A DNA stretch of 64,000 nt. Source: the human T2T-CHM13v2.0 reference genome, Homo sapiens. The stretch lies in assembly GCF_009914755.1 (NCBI RefSeq), contig NC_060938.1; one strand, 5' to 3'. Every line of letters begins with the position of its first letter. The first letter of the stretch is position 1. The position numbers and the translations under genes were made by a program. The notes under the pieces were generated by a model. That model was given only the letters and a program-made list of their open reading frames with translations. It had not been told where the DNA came from and did no database searches. Positions 40,461 through 53,955 of this stretch are shown in pieces.

Positions 40461-41735
40461 GGCATGTACCCTAGGCGAATGTTTAGTATTTGAGAATTAT
40501 TACTGCATTTCTCCTTCAAAGGAACAGATTCTTTAGCATGGTATTGGCCATAGGATAGAACGCTGTGAGAGACACCAAATTGGGCCACTTAATTGTCTTT
40601 GCTGTTCTAGTGGAATCAGTATGCATTTATATATTTCATCCAAGTACTCACATCAACCTGTTGAATGCAACCTAATAGCAATCCACAGTATGACTCTACA
40701 AATGGCCAATTGAATCTTGAAGTTCGACTTTTGGGGAAAAAGTAGGTAACCCTTATGTCAGTTTCAATAAGTATGATAAACTTATTCTAGAATGAAGGAA
40801 GCTTAGCTCTTTTTCTCCAGATTGCTTTCTTTGTAACACTTGTTTAGAAAAAGGATTATGAAATGCCAAGGGAAGGCAAATATTAAATCATTTCTAAAAT
40901 GGCTATGTATTAACATTTGTAACCAGTAGCTACAAATTAATATCTTGTAGTCTAAGTTAACATTGAAAAAAAGAAGGCATAAGTACAGCAATTATTCTCT
41001 TATTGTACCAGGAAAACAGTATACTGGTCTTTATATACCATTTGTACTAATTGAATCCAGGCAATATTGCAGAAATAATCAGCCAATATGCAAATACTCA
41101 AAGAGCCTACCTAACTCCATTTGGATTTAATAATAATTTATTTGAGAATCAACTCTTTTTCTGCCCTGATATTTTTCAATGCTTGTTGAATTAATCTTTT
41201 AAGAAGGAATTAACATATGTAGATAGAAGTATTCATCAAGGCTAATTTTGAAACCTTGTCATATTTGACAAGATTTCTATCAATTAAGTTGTCTATCAAT
41301 CAAAGGTAACCCCAAAATCTAGTGACATTAAGTTATAAAAGCCACCAATCTAATCCACCTTATTTAGCAAATTCTTATAGTGTACGACATTAAAAAAAAA
41401 GCACAGGTAGTACAGTAGAGTGTAATCTGAGCTGAGCCAGGAAACAGCTCTATAAACAAAAATGAATCACCCACACTCTCTAAGGCTCTATTTCATTTCA
41501 AAATTGGGTATAATAATAGCTACTGCAAGTTTGTTGACTTATTTTGGGGAATTAATATAATAAAGCATTTCAAATATTGGAACCAGATGTATGAATTTAT
41601 ACTAATATAAGTCTCTGCCAATCTACCAATTTTATAGTTTTCAAACCAGGGAATTTTATCATCTACAAAAATACACATTTTATAAAGTTTTACTTTTAGA
41701 CATTTTTTGCACACGTATTTCCTTACAATCATACT

Positions 41736-42078
41736 TGGTATGATTTTGTTCTGTGTAGACACCCAAATCTTATCTCAAACTGTAATCCCCTGTGTCAAGG
41801 GAGGGACCTGGTGGGAGGTGATTGGATCATAGGGGCGGTTTCCCCCATGCTGTTCTCATGATAGTGAATGAGTTTTATAAATGGCATTTTCCCCTGCATA
41901 CTCTCTCTGCTGCCACCTTGGGAAGAAGGTACTTGCTTGTCTTCACCTTCTGCCATAATTCCAACTTTCCTGAGGTCTCCCCAGCCATGCAGAACTGTGA
42001 GTCAATTAAACCTCTTTCTTTTATGAATTTCCCAGTCTTGAGTATTTCTTTATAGCAATGTGAAAACGGACTAATACA
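41736..42078 (+). mobile_element. THE1-type MaLR solo LTR
   Basis: cacccaaatcttatctc...ggtttcccccatgctgttctcatgatagtgaatgag...ttatagcaatgtgaaaacggactaataca. Confidence 0.9.
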
Positions 42079-42622
42079 ATAATTTCTTTTCCTAAAGATT
42101 TTCCCTACTTAACAGTGAGTATCCCTGATGCTCTTGATGAGTTTGTGGTAAACAGGCAGTAGGGTTTGATCTTCAATGATAACTCAATAATTTGAAATTG
42201 ACTTTATTGCATAAACTATATAAATCTTAGTGCTCTAAATATTTTTAACATCTTGATGACTTTGAAAATATAATATTGAATCTACTTACTCCACCAAATT
42301 AAATCTTTACTATATTATTATTCCAGTGATCATGTTCACACTAAAATGTGTCTATGGGACTTTATATACTTCATTTTTTGCAATTTCTAAGTCCATAAGT
42401 GTTTCAAAAGGGAAAGTTTTAGAAATAAAACAACAAAATAATTAAGGTAAAAACTCAATCACCTAACAGTGGCTACCATTTTGAAATGAAGATCAGCAGT
42501 ATAAACTAGTAAAAATGCTAAATTATTAAATATTTTAATAAATTACAATTATGTTGTTTTTTAGTATACTCAATAATATTCTTAAGTAGAAGACTTTGGA
42601 ACATCCTTTAATTAGAATGTAA

Positions 42623-42857
42623 GGATATGAGGGAGAGTTGCAGTGACATGTCACCTCATTGATCTCCAGGGTTGATTCAGCTGATCTGGCTGGTTAGGCA
42701 AGTGTTCCCTTCCTTCCTCACCTCTCCATGTGCATGCCTCTCAAAGCTGCATGTTTGGTTGAAGAGGATGACCATCCCTGACAGAGGAGGGCTGGTGTTC
42801 ACTCAAGGGTATACAAGTAGCTCCGCTTCCCTGCTAGAACTTTCAAACAAGCTCTCA
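42623..42857 (+). pseudogene. 7SK snRNA retropseudogene (RN7SKP family), 3'-truncated and tailless
   Basis: Follows 7SK from its 5' end (ggatatgaggg...cattgatctccagggttgattcagctgatctggctgg...caagggtatac...caaacaagctctca); TSD taattagaat(g/c)taa at 42609-42622 and 42858-42871; no poly-A. Confidence 0.95.
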
Positions 42858-43217
42858 TAATTAGAATCTAAGAATGTTACTGATATTGCCAGGTTATCAA
42901 GTGAAGCTTCCTGGAGTGGGTCATCAAAGTAAGCCAATTTGTCTTATGGAATATAAATAAACATTTGAAAGTAGTTGTTTATGTTTAGCTTGTTTAATTT
43001 TAACAAGTTTTGTCTTGGTGAATCCCTGAGATTTGGAGGCAATAGAGAGAGAAGTACTCTTTTTCTTTCATCTTTATTTTCTCGTAACATGCCCATTTCT
43101 CTAGTTGTCTCCTCTTTACATCGTTAGTGATGAAGAATTACTAGGAGTTACTCATGAGTTACTATGATCTTCATGACTGAATATGGCGTGCACGTACTTG
43201 AAAATGGAATAATGCCT

Positions 43218-43639
43218 TAGTGGCATGTTTTGGCACAATTCCTAGTGCAAAAGGATGCCAAGTGTAACGTTTCTTATTGTCTCTGAAAAACAAAACAAGA
43301 AATGCCAAGTATTCACCCATTCCAAAGCGAGGTGTTAGCTCATGTAGGCATGGAAGGGAGCTTTTCATTCTATTATTAAAATTAAGGTTGGACAAAACCA
43401 GTATATATGGTCACCCTACATTATTAAAAACTAATTTTGCAGCCTTTGCTTATCTTCAGTGTTGCAGATGTTATAAAGGGTGAACACTGTACCATTTAAA
43501 GGCTGAGAGATTAGAGAGAGAAGACCACTCGGAGACAGAATTACTAATGTGCTTTCAGTCTCCTGCCACTTAGTAGATGAAGGTAAGACATGTGCTACTC
43601 CTTTACGTTAAGCCAAGAGAAATAGAAAGAGGTAAACAG
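43218..43639 (+). repeat. Inverted repeat, left arm (422 bp)
   Basis: Reverse complement of 44977-45398; I found 3 substitutions by eye; mirrored ORFs 43277-43483(+) and 45133-45339(-). Confidence 0.98.
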
Positions 43640-44976
43640 GTGTCAAGGTAACTGATTTGAATGTCTTGCTGGTGTCCCCTGAGGAAACTGGTGTCTGATC
43701 ATCGCTGGAAGAAACCTAAAAGAAGAAGTTGGTTATAACTTGAAGATCCAAGAGCAAAAGGTACGCTAGAGCAAGTTGTCATCCAAAGACAGCAGAACAA
43801 GGGCCATGTTTCCAATAAACCAGGTATAAGTGCCAGCGAAGGCAAATGAAACCCCATCCTAACAGAAGATAGGCCCCTAAAACCCCAGGGCCAGCACTGT
43901 GGGGACACTTAAAATTGGCTAGCCAGACAATTTCTGGCTTATGTCAAAAGAACCAACAGGAGGATTCCTACGGGGATACACCAGTAATCCATAAAAGCAT
44001 CCACCACCCACTGACAGCGATGAAAATGGTACTGGTCATGTATGACCTTTTCTGCTTTTTCTCTCATCTCTGAACCCCTGCTTCCCAACCCTGTGGAAAC
44101 CTATGGCAGTTAGTGAACGGAAGAGAAGATTAAATGAGGGGAGACAGAAGAAGCCAACCATGCATCCTCTCGTAGAGCAAATTCCAAGGATTAAGTTGGC
44201 TTAGCCCAGTGCTTGGCACATAGAAGACATTCCATCAATGTTAACTGAATACATTCTTCTTTCATTCTTCATCCGTTTTGTCTTTGTTGGATGCTTTGCC
44301 TCTATATGATTTTTCATCGTTAATGTTATTTTTGTTATCCTCATCCTTTTTTATTTGAAAAGAGGGAATAATGCCAGTAAAATTATTGAGTCTTCTTAGA
44401 ACATCATTGTCTGCCTCTCTGACTATCTAAAACTGGATGAAATACCACAAAAGCCTGAAATGTCATGAGAAGGCCAAGTTTCAATGAGAAGCACTGAATC
44501 AAAGAACTGTGAGTTGGGATGGAAGGATCAAGGAATGAAGGTGCCTGTAGATCCTATATAATTAGGCTATCGCTCCCTGGCAAACAGCTTGTCAGAGGTG
44601 AGGTGCTGAGCAAGGATGCTTATGGGCAGGTAGGAACAGTGGTGGCCCTGATTCTGTTGCAACTTAACCTGATAACAAAGTTAAGCAACTTAACCTGATG
44701 ATGAACTATGACCTGAAACTTCTCTCCTTCATCCTCTGTGTTTCTTTTCCCAGCTCAATTCCACCCCTCAAAGTATCTTAGCTAAGACAATATTTAAATG
44801 TATTACCTGAGGGAGGAAACGGGGCCAAAGGAAATGTTGGCAGGGCCAGGGCCAGGGCCTGGGCCAGCATGGTTATTTGGTTCTAAATCTATTAATACAA
44901 GGAAGATTGACATAGACCAGCAGGGCCTCGGTCTCCTCACAGAACTGTGAGTCTTTAAATTATGCTTTAAATTATG

Positions 44977-45398
44977 CTGTTTACCTCTTTCTATTTCTCT
45001 TGGCTTAACGTAAAGGAGTAGCACATGTCTTACCTTCATCTACTAAGTGGCAGGAGACTGAAAGCACATTAGTAATTCTGACTCCGAGTGGTCTTCTCTC
45101 TCTAATCTCTCAGCCTTTAAATGGTACAGTGTTCACCCTTTACAACATCTGCAACACTGAAGATAAGCAAAGGCTGCAAAATTAGTTTTTAATAATGTAG
45201 GGTGACCATATATCCTGGTTTTGTCCAACCTTAATTTTAATAATAGAATGAAAAGCTCCCTTCCATGCCTACATGAGCTAACACCTCGCTTTGGAATGGG
45301 TGAATACTTGGCATTTCTTGTTTTGTTTTTCAGAGACAATAAGAAACGTTACACTTGGCATCCTTTTGCACTAGGAATTGTGCCAAAACATGCCACTA
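44977..45398 (-). repeat. Inverted repeat, right arm (422 bp)
   Basis: Reverse complement of 43218-43639; immediately preceded by a 12-bp tandem duplication ctttaaattatg x2 (44953-44976). Confidence 0.98.
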
Positions 45399-45423
45399 GA
45401 TGCAGAGCTAAAAGATGATACAC

Positions 45424-45700
45424 TGGCTCATGCCTGAAATCCCAGCAGTTTCGGAGGCCGAGGTGGGCAGATCATGAGGTCAGGAGTTCGAGACCAGCCT
45501 GACAAACATGGTGAAACCCCATCTCTACTAAAAATACAAAAATGAGCTGGGCGTGGTGGCATGCACCTGTAATCCCAGCTACTCAGGAGGCTGAGGCAGG
45601 AGAATAGCATGAACCTGGGAGGCAGAGGTTGCAGTCAGCCAAGATTGCGCCACTGCACTCCAGCCTAGGTGACAGAGATAGACTCCATCTTAAGAAAAAA
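45424..45700 (+). mobile_element. AluS, slightly 5'-truncated
   Basis: tggctcatgcctgaaatcccagc...; TSD ending atgatacac on both sides. Confidence 0.95.
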
Positions 45701-46194
45701 AAATGATACACAGGGGAACAATGTTAACTATATAAGTACCAGCAATCATTTGGAAGTGCTTGTTGGTCTCACTTATCATAGATTTAATAGCCAGAAAAAA
45801 ATTTAACAAGAAATAGTTTTAAATTCCTTTTTCAGATGTTAGGCATAACAAGACAGGTCTCAAGACAGGTGGTTTGGTATAATGACTAAGAGCTTGGGTT
45901 CTGGATGCAGACTGCCTGGGCTCAGGTCCAGGCTTGCTTCACTTACTCTGTGTCCTTGAGGAAGTGGCTATCCTCTCTGAGCTTTATTATCTACAACAGT
46001 AAACAGAGATAATCATACTGTTACAAATCACATAGGGTTTTGTAAGAAATTAATTGGGTAACAGAGTTAAGTGCTAGGACTCAGTAATCACTAGTTCTAA
46101 TCATTACTTAAAATTCAATCATTATTTTAACAATATACTATAGTGGTACTATATTTGCTCTTTGTACTATGTCTAGTGGTTAAGAAAATATATC

Positions 46195-46506
<312 letters not shown>

Positions 46507-46639
46507 TCACAGCAAAACCCTTCTTCATAAACCAATTCCAGGAAGCAATACAGTAATGGATCTTCCTAAAACCTGAAGTTATTGGGATAGTAATTCCTTT
46601 CTTAAACTCTAGGTAAGACTTATCCCAATTTAGAGCTTT

Positions 46640-47105
46640 GTAAAAAAAAAAACTTAAAATTCATTCCACTTTTTGTCCTTAGTAAAAGAACCCTGATTTT
46701 TCACTAGTTATTTTACGCCCAAATGAAGATCTACATTTCCCAGCCTCTCTTGTAGTAACAGCTGGACAAGAAGTAGTAAGCAGAAGCTGTTGGGTGAAAC
46801 TAGGCAGGAAGGCTCCTCAAGTGAATGGACAGATGATTTGGGCATTTTTGCCCCCTCTTATTATCCTGTTCCTGCCTCTCTGCCTGGAACTTTGTTGTGA
46901 GAGTTGGAGGGTCAACAGCCACAAAGTAACAGTAAGGATTGAAGCCATGCTTGAAGAATGATAGAAAAGACAAGAAGTTGCCTGAACATGAAGTCACCAT
47001 ACCTGATCTTGACTCTGTTCTTTCAAATTCCTTTTATGTGAGAGAGAAACAAATGACTCTCTTGTTTAAGTCACTGCAATTTCTGAATTCTAGGAGCCAA
47101 TGCAA
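46640..47105 (+). mobile_element. Old MLT1 (J/K-like) LTR
   Basis: ctacatttcccagcctctcttg; ttttatgtgagagagaaacaaa...cttgtttaagtcactg. Confidence 0.7.
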
Positions 47106-47387
47106 TTGATGTAAGCATTTTACGCACATTTTATGTGTGATGTCACAACGGAAGCTGGCTTGGGTGTAAAACATAACTTTCTGATTGGGCAGGAGAGGAA
47201 CAAGCTAAGGGATGGGACTGAGCTACAGTGGCTCATGTAAGACACAGTTGCAAAGGGCCTAATCAGTTCCTCATGACATCGTAATCTAGGCAACCAGGAA
47301 ATATGCAGAAGACAGGCACGCAGTAGCAATAGTTGCTGAAAATGTGACGCTACCTAAAAAGCCTGCTGTCAAAGAATAGAACTTTGC

Positions 47388-47936
47388 TGGGATATGGTGG
47401 ATTAAAGATGGCCACAAATTATTTGAGATACCTCCCTTTACGGAGAGGGGCCTGTGTTTTTTCCTCTTGAATGTGGGCAGGCTCTTTGACTACTTTAACT
47501 GATAGGATGCAGCACAAATGATGTCTCAGTTCCAGGTCTTAGCCTTAAGAGACTGGTAGCTTTTACTTCCTGACTCTGAGAAGACTTTTATTCTTGGAGC
47601 CCCAAGCTGCCATGTAGGAAATCTATCTACTCCTCTAAAGATATCATGTGGGAAGGTTATAGATGACATGGAGAAGGAAGGGGCCCAGCCCAGCCATTCA
47701 GCCAGGCAGCCATCTCTGGCAATGTGCCTGGCAACTAAATCATGCTACCTTAGACCCACCAGGCTAGCTCAGCTGCCAGCTAAATACCAAGTCAAGACCA
47801 CGTGGAGAAGAAGAATTGCCCAGCCAAGCCCTACCTAATCTCCTAACCCAGAAACTCATGAAATATAATAAAATGGTTGTTGTTTTAAGCCACTGAGATT
47901 TGGGGATACTTATAATGCAGTAACAAAACTGTAACA
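47388..47936 (+). mobile_element. MLT1 (H/G-like) LTR
   Basis: attaaagatggccacaaatt; aataaaatggttgttgttttaagccactgagatttgggg. Confidence 0.8.
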
Positions 47937-48372
47937 TGGGGTAAGTGAACCACCAAGAGCTAAGGCTTAAGACAGGACCCTGGATATCACTGAAAAAAAC
48001 AGAAAACTAGTAAAACTAATTTGGTGGTATAATTCTGTTTGGGTCAATTGGACTGGAAAAGTGCATTTTAATTTTGTGGATACATTGTTTTTCAGTTAGT
48101 TAGCCTAAAAGGCACCAGAGCCCACCAAGGAAAGCATATATAAATAAGTACATAAAAGAAACACAAGAACCCAACATAAGAATCCAGTATCTGAGAATAT
48201 GATAATGACAAGACCACAGACCCCAGAAAGGAAATTCTACAAGATATGAGTGAAGAAATGAGAAAAGCCTGCACTGGTCGATGGAAGCCATTAGTAGAAT
48301 CAGCTGTAGAAACCCCAAAAGGGCTGAGGCAGGAAATAAGAGGCAACTGTTTAAGTATAAGAGATGGAACGA

Positions 48373-48690
48373 AGCTGGGTGAGGTGGCTCACACCTGTAA
48401 TCCCAACACTTTGGGAGGCCGAGTTGGGCAGATCACTTGAGCCCAGGAGTTTGAGACAAGCCTGGGCAAAGTGGTGATACCCTGTCTCTACAAACAAAAC
48501 AAAACAAACAAACAAGAAAAACAGAAATTAACCAGGCATGTTTTCACACACCTGTAGTTCCAACTACTTGGGTGGCTGAAGTGAGAGGATCTCTTGAGCC
48601 TGAGAGGTGGAGATTGGAATGATCCATGTTTGTGCTACTGCACTCTAGCCTGACCAACAGAGCAAGACCCTGCCTCCAAAAGAGAGAAAG
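48373..48690 (+). mobile_element. AluJ-like
   Basis: gatcacttgagcccaggagtttgagac; ggatctcttgagcctg; diverged. Confidence 0.92.
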
Positions 48691-48767
48691 AGAGATGTAG
48701 ATGGAATGTATCAGCAAATTAATTGTAAAGGTAAAGTTTACATTAGTAAGATTTAAGTTAATCTTGG

Positions 48768-49184
48768 TGATGTAATTTGGATATTTGTCCCCTCCCAAAT
48801 CTCATGTTGAATTGTAATCTCCAGTGTTGGAGGTGGGGGCTTGTGGGAGGTGTTTGAATCATGGGGGCAGATTCCTCACAAATGTCTTGGGCCATCCCCT
48901 TAGTGATAAATGAGCTCTTGCCTTCAGTTCATAGAAGACCTGATCATTTTAAAAAGTGTGTGGCACCTCCTCACCACTCTCTCTCGCTCCTGTTCTCACT
49001 ACGTGATATGCCCTGCTCGCCCTTTGCCTTCTGTCATGATTGGAAGCTTCCTGAAACCTCCCCACAAGCAGATGCCATTATGCTTCCTGTATAGCCTGCA
49101 GAATCATGAGCCAATTAAATCTTTTTACTTATAAATTACCCAGTCTCAGGTATTTCTTTATAGCAGTGCAAAAACAGCCTAATA
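48768..49184 (+). mobile_element. MST (MSTA/MSTB-like) MaLR solo LTR
   Basis: tgatgtaatttggatatttgtcccctcccaaatctcatgttgaattgtaat...ttataaattacccagtctcaggtatttctttatagc. Confidence 0.9.
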
Positions 49185-50867
49185 CTTGGCAACGAGGTAA
49201 TGACTTCGTTTTATTTAAATCACTCAGTGACAAAGGATTTACTAGGGTTCTTCTGTCAGACAGGCCTCCTTCACTTTATAAATACATGCCTTCATTAATT
49301 AATCTAAGCCTTAGTTTCCTCATCTACAAAATATCCCCTAACTCCTGCCTCAAAAAAATGAAATACGTTAATAATAAAAGCTTTTAGCCAGTACCTAATA
49401 CACAGTAAATTGTCAGTAAATATTAGCATTTTCTTAAAAATAATGGCATTCAAATGACCATGGGATGAGTGCCCCAGAGGAGTTTTGTGCAGGAGAGGGA
49501 AAGAGAGTTGAGGATACCTGAGGCAGTCAGTTGGGAGAAGAAACTAATAGGGTATGAAAGTAACCAGTGAAACTAATTGACTTCCCTTCCCCTATGTCTG
49601 CCGCCTCAACCATTTTCTCACTGCTTGTTCCTGGAGGAATTGTTAAAACTCCTGAGAAACACAGAAACAGAGCTACAACAATCCCAATCTCAAGCCCCAG
49701 GGATTCCTGGAATAAGGCAAAAAGAACAGTTCTGCTGTAATGTGAGAATATTTTGTTGGGTTAAAATATTTTGTACCTATTTCCAAGATGACCTCTAGAG
49801 GCAGCGCAATGCCATTTACCACCAGTGAAGGTGAACTCAGTGGAACCTTCAAAAAACTGGGAGACTGAGCACTAAAGTAAAAGCACCAAATGTTTCTCAT
49901 AACTGCCTTGGAAAGAATACTTGGGCATAGGCTGTGGGCAAGGTGGATGGACGGAGGCTGCCAGGAGTATCAAGAATGGGAAAGGGCTTTTCATCTGGGC
50001 CCAGAGATGGTCCATGATAGCCTCTTGATTGACAGTTACTTTTCTAAAAAAGAAATATAAGGATACAGGAATGTTTTACGAAACACGAAGGCAGGTAATT
50101 AGCCAAACTTGGAGATGGAACAGGAATCTAGATAACACCTCCTGTGTCCTGGCCTTCTCTCTGTCTCATTCCACTTCTTCTGCCCTGATTCAGACTTATT
50201 TTCTTTCTCACAGCTGCTGGATTTCCATCTCCTCAGCTCAAGAGATGGGCTGCCTTTAGGTGTCAATCTCAGTTTCCCAGAAGATGGAACAAGAGAGGCA
50301 TAATTTAAGGTTTATGTCCACTTCTATCTAATCAACAGTATTCAGAAAGCCCTAACACACACATGGCTGCTATAGATTCAATTCTATGCCTACAATATTA
50401 CATGTGAAATCTCTATTGTGACACCATGAGCACTATCTTTTAGGAGTGTTACATAATATTGTAGGTGTGAAGTCTTGCATTAACACTGAAATCCACATGA
50501 ACACCAAGGACAAATTCAACTATGTTTGGTTCATATTATTTTCTATTGCTTTCCACAGGTAGACCAAATATCCAAGCTATCCTAGCGAATTACTTACAAT
50601 GAAGGGTTGTCTTGTCAATCTTTGTCACTCTTTGGCTTCTCTTCCATCTCAACTGATTTCTTTATTGCAGTTAATTCTTTTTTTCATATTACTTAAGAGA
50701 ATGATCAAATTAGAAAACATGAAAAGCACTTTCTTGTTTTATTTCATCTTTGCTTATCTTTTATTGTAATCCATATGTTGGAATGACTTACTTGTCATTT
50801 TATTTCGTGGATTAGAAGGCTCTCTAATTTGAAGCTACTTCAATCTAAATCTAAATCTAAAAAAAAT

Positions 50868-51106
50868 TTCTCACTCATAAGTGAGAATTGAACAATGAGA
50901 AAACTTGGACTCAGGAAGGGGACCATCATACACCAGGGCCTGTTGGAGGGTTGGGTGGGGGCAAGGGGAAGGAGAGCATTAGGACAAATATCTAAGACAT
51001 GTGGGCTTATACCCTAGATGATGGGTTGATAGGTGCAGCAAACTACCGTGGCACTTGTATACCTATGTAACAAACCTGCATGTTCTGCAAATGTATCTCA
51101 GAACTT

Positions 51107-51138
<32 letters not shown>
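50868..51138 (+). mobile_element. L1PA 3' end with poly-A
   Basis: ttctcactcataagtgagaattgaacaatgaga...acctatgtaacaaacctgcatgttctgca...agaacttaaagt followed by A~26. Confidence 0.93.
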
Positions 51139-52203
51139 TTATGTTAGTCCACTTATAAGAAAGGTGTTTTTTTTTGTTTTTTTGTTTTTTGTTTTCCGAA
51201 GTCACTTAAACTGCTTCTGTGGTTTCACTAAAGTGTTTGTAGTAAAAAGAATTCCAGACTCACTCATCTTACCCTGATGTGGTTCTGTAAATCCACGCAT
51301 AGCTACTACCTTTGGAACCCAAAATTTGTCCCAGACAATCAGCTTTGGTCTTTTATTTAGAATAGCACTATTGCATATGTCATTTGGGGCTTTCGTATGG
51401 TTCTATGTATGCAATTCTTCAAATGCACTGTCTTTCCTTGTTCTGCCAATTGAGTTAGAAAATATCCAAGCCAAAATGACAAGATTACACAAGATGATTC
51501 ATGTGTAGTTCAATGGTTTGAGACAGGGGTGTTTTTGTAACTTGTGAACTCCAAAGATATTTTCAGCCATGATGGATGTATTCAATAGAGCAGTTCATTT
51601 TCGATTCAAATTGTGACTTTTGGTGTATTAATTCAGCAACCTGAGACCCTCCAGCAGCTGTGAGAAGTTGGTGAATCCTAGAGAGAGAACAAAGTATGAA
51701 TGAAGCACCACTTCATGATATATTTATGAACCATCAACTACCACATTCTTCTCCATTTGATAACACTTGAGTCCTTTTGTTTCGCTCGTCTGAATTTTAG
51801 ACTCTTTATCTGGTTCATGTCTGAGATCCAGGAAGCCTGAAATCTGAAACTCTACCCGGTTCACTCTGTCCTTTTCCTTTCTTTGACTATGAAGGGAAGC
51901 CGGAAACTTCAGTAACACCATGTTTCAATTATTTTTATTTTAGACCACATGGGCAGAGACTGCTCACCACTGTTTGACAGGATGTTGCTGTGTCTTCTTA
52001 GTGGGGGTCCACTGCTCTTCAAAGAAAGAGAATTGGATTCTTTTGACTCAAAAAATTGTCAGCCACACACATGCAGACAACACCTCACAGGGATACATGT
52101 CTGGGTGAGAACTTTTGAATGAGGCATGCTTTCCAGATATTTTCTCTTGTTAAGAGTGAAATGTGAGTTCTAGGGGTTTATCCTCCTAATATTACGAAAG
52201 CTA

Positions 52204-52660
52204 TAGATCCATACCCTTATCTAAAACTCCTGAAGTCAGAGGTATTTTGGAATTCAGAATTTCTCAGATTGCATATACTACATGTTACATAAGATCCCAG
52301 AAAGATCTGGGCTGGACGATAGTAAAACATATTAATAATTCTGCATTATTAAATATGTGATTATATATATTCTGCATATATATACACATATACAGAGGTA
52401 TACATATAGTTATATATACATACACATTATATATGTGTATGTGTGTATGTACATATGTGTGTGTATATATATAACTATACATATAACTATACCAAGGAGG
52501 CCAGACAAAGATTAAAAATACTCTTATATCCAACTTTTGTCAAGTTCACCACAAAACCAGAACAGGACAGGTCAGGTTTTGTCCCCACATAGGCTATAAC
52601 AGCTTTTATGTTTAGAGTGTTTTAGATTTTAAAATTACAAGTAAGGGATTGTATACCTAT
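52204..52660. mobile_element. Probable TcMar-Tigger-type DNA element with internal TA/CA low-complexity tract
   Basis: Degenerate terminal inverted repeats atagatccatacccttat / gtaagggattgtatacctat; ttggaattcagaattt. Confidence 0.5.
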
Positions 52661-53611
52661 ATTCAGTAAGTTTCAAGTACACTGTAGGTGTTCACAAAAT
52701 AGTTATGGAAATAATGGCTGGTTAAATGAATAGTGAATGAATGGTCTGTCTCTTGTAAAGTAAAAAATTAAGAGGATAAAATATTTTATTATTTAATAGG
52801 ATGTCCATATATACAAGCAGACTTAAAGGGGAAAGTTGTCCCAGGTGAAATGATTATTTTTCCTAGGCTACTACTGCATATAGCATTTGGGATCAGCGTA
52901 CTCGCTCATACTCAAGTTTCATATTAGACGCGGAATATCCTCAATTTGCCCCTCTCTCTGGTTACTTTCCTAACCTTTTTCCTTAATGTAGCCGTTAAAG
53001 ACAGGTTACATTTTCACCCAACGAAGCACAGTATGTAGAAAAAGACATGATTAAAAGTGCAAGCTATTCTTCTACAAAAACAACTGGTTGTGAAGAGATT
53101 TGCCAGTGTTTACTCATAAGAAATAGGTCTTTTGGTTTATGAAGTTTGTCACATCCTTTGTAATTCTCTCAGTTGAAGAATATTCTGTACAATTAAAGGG
53201 GTGTTATGCTTTTAAGATTTGTCTTATTGTATGTTTGATATTATTCAGAGAAGGAAAATGACTAGAACACAAAAGGATTCTGGTAAAACTTACATATGTT
53301 TTCTTCAACTTGAAGAAGTATCTTATGCCTTAAACTTGCTTTTCAGCCAACCACTTGCAAAGAGAGACCTCCCCTCTGGCCTGTTGACCAAATGAATTAT
53401 TCTGGGGCTATTTTGGATTATACCTCTTTTGTCAACATATTAATTCACAGTGCTCCCTCTTATTTAAAAAAAAAATTAGTTTGGATCAAAATTATATAAC
53501 TACCTGAATTAATAAAAATTATCATAATTTTTTTTCTAAAAATCTCATTGTTTTTCCAGCGAATATATGTCTTCTCTTAACCTTAGTGTTCTGTCACATG
53601 TTGGACATTTC

Positions 53612-53955
53612 TGGTTTAAGGACATCTCATGCTGCTGATAAAGACATACCTGAGACTGGGCAATTTACAAAAGAAAGAGGCTTAATGGACTTACAGTTCC
53701 ACATGGCTGGGGAGGCCTCACAATCATGGAGGAAGGTGAAAGGCACACCTCACATGGCAGCAGACAAGGACAGAGAGCTTGTGCAGGGAAACTCCCATTT
53801 TTTAAACCATCTGATCTCATGAGACTCATTCACTATCACGAGAACAGGGTGGGAAAGACCCACCTCCATGATTCAATCACCTCCCACCGGGTCCCTCTGA
53901 CAACATGTGGAAATTCAAGATGAGATTTGGGTGAGGATACAGCCAAACCATATCA
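53612..53955 (-). mobile_element. THE1 MaLR solo LTR, antisense
   Basis: ctgctgataaagacatacctgagactggg...ttccacatggctggggaggcctcacaatcatgg...cagccaaaccatatca. Confidence 0.92.

Noticed and set aside
43186-43197. gcgtgcacgt paired HIF/AhR-like motif, and AP-1 sites at 497 and 36561
   Set aside because: Short motifs expected by chance in 64 kb; no independent support
43171-45418. Pairs of near-identical small ORFs on opposite strands suggesting a duplicated gene or toxin-antitoxin-like pair
   Set aside because: A consequence of the inverted repeat; non-ATG starts, no recognisable domain
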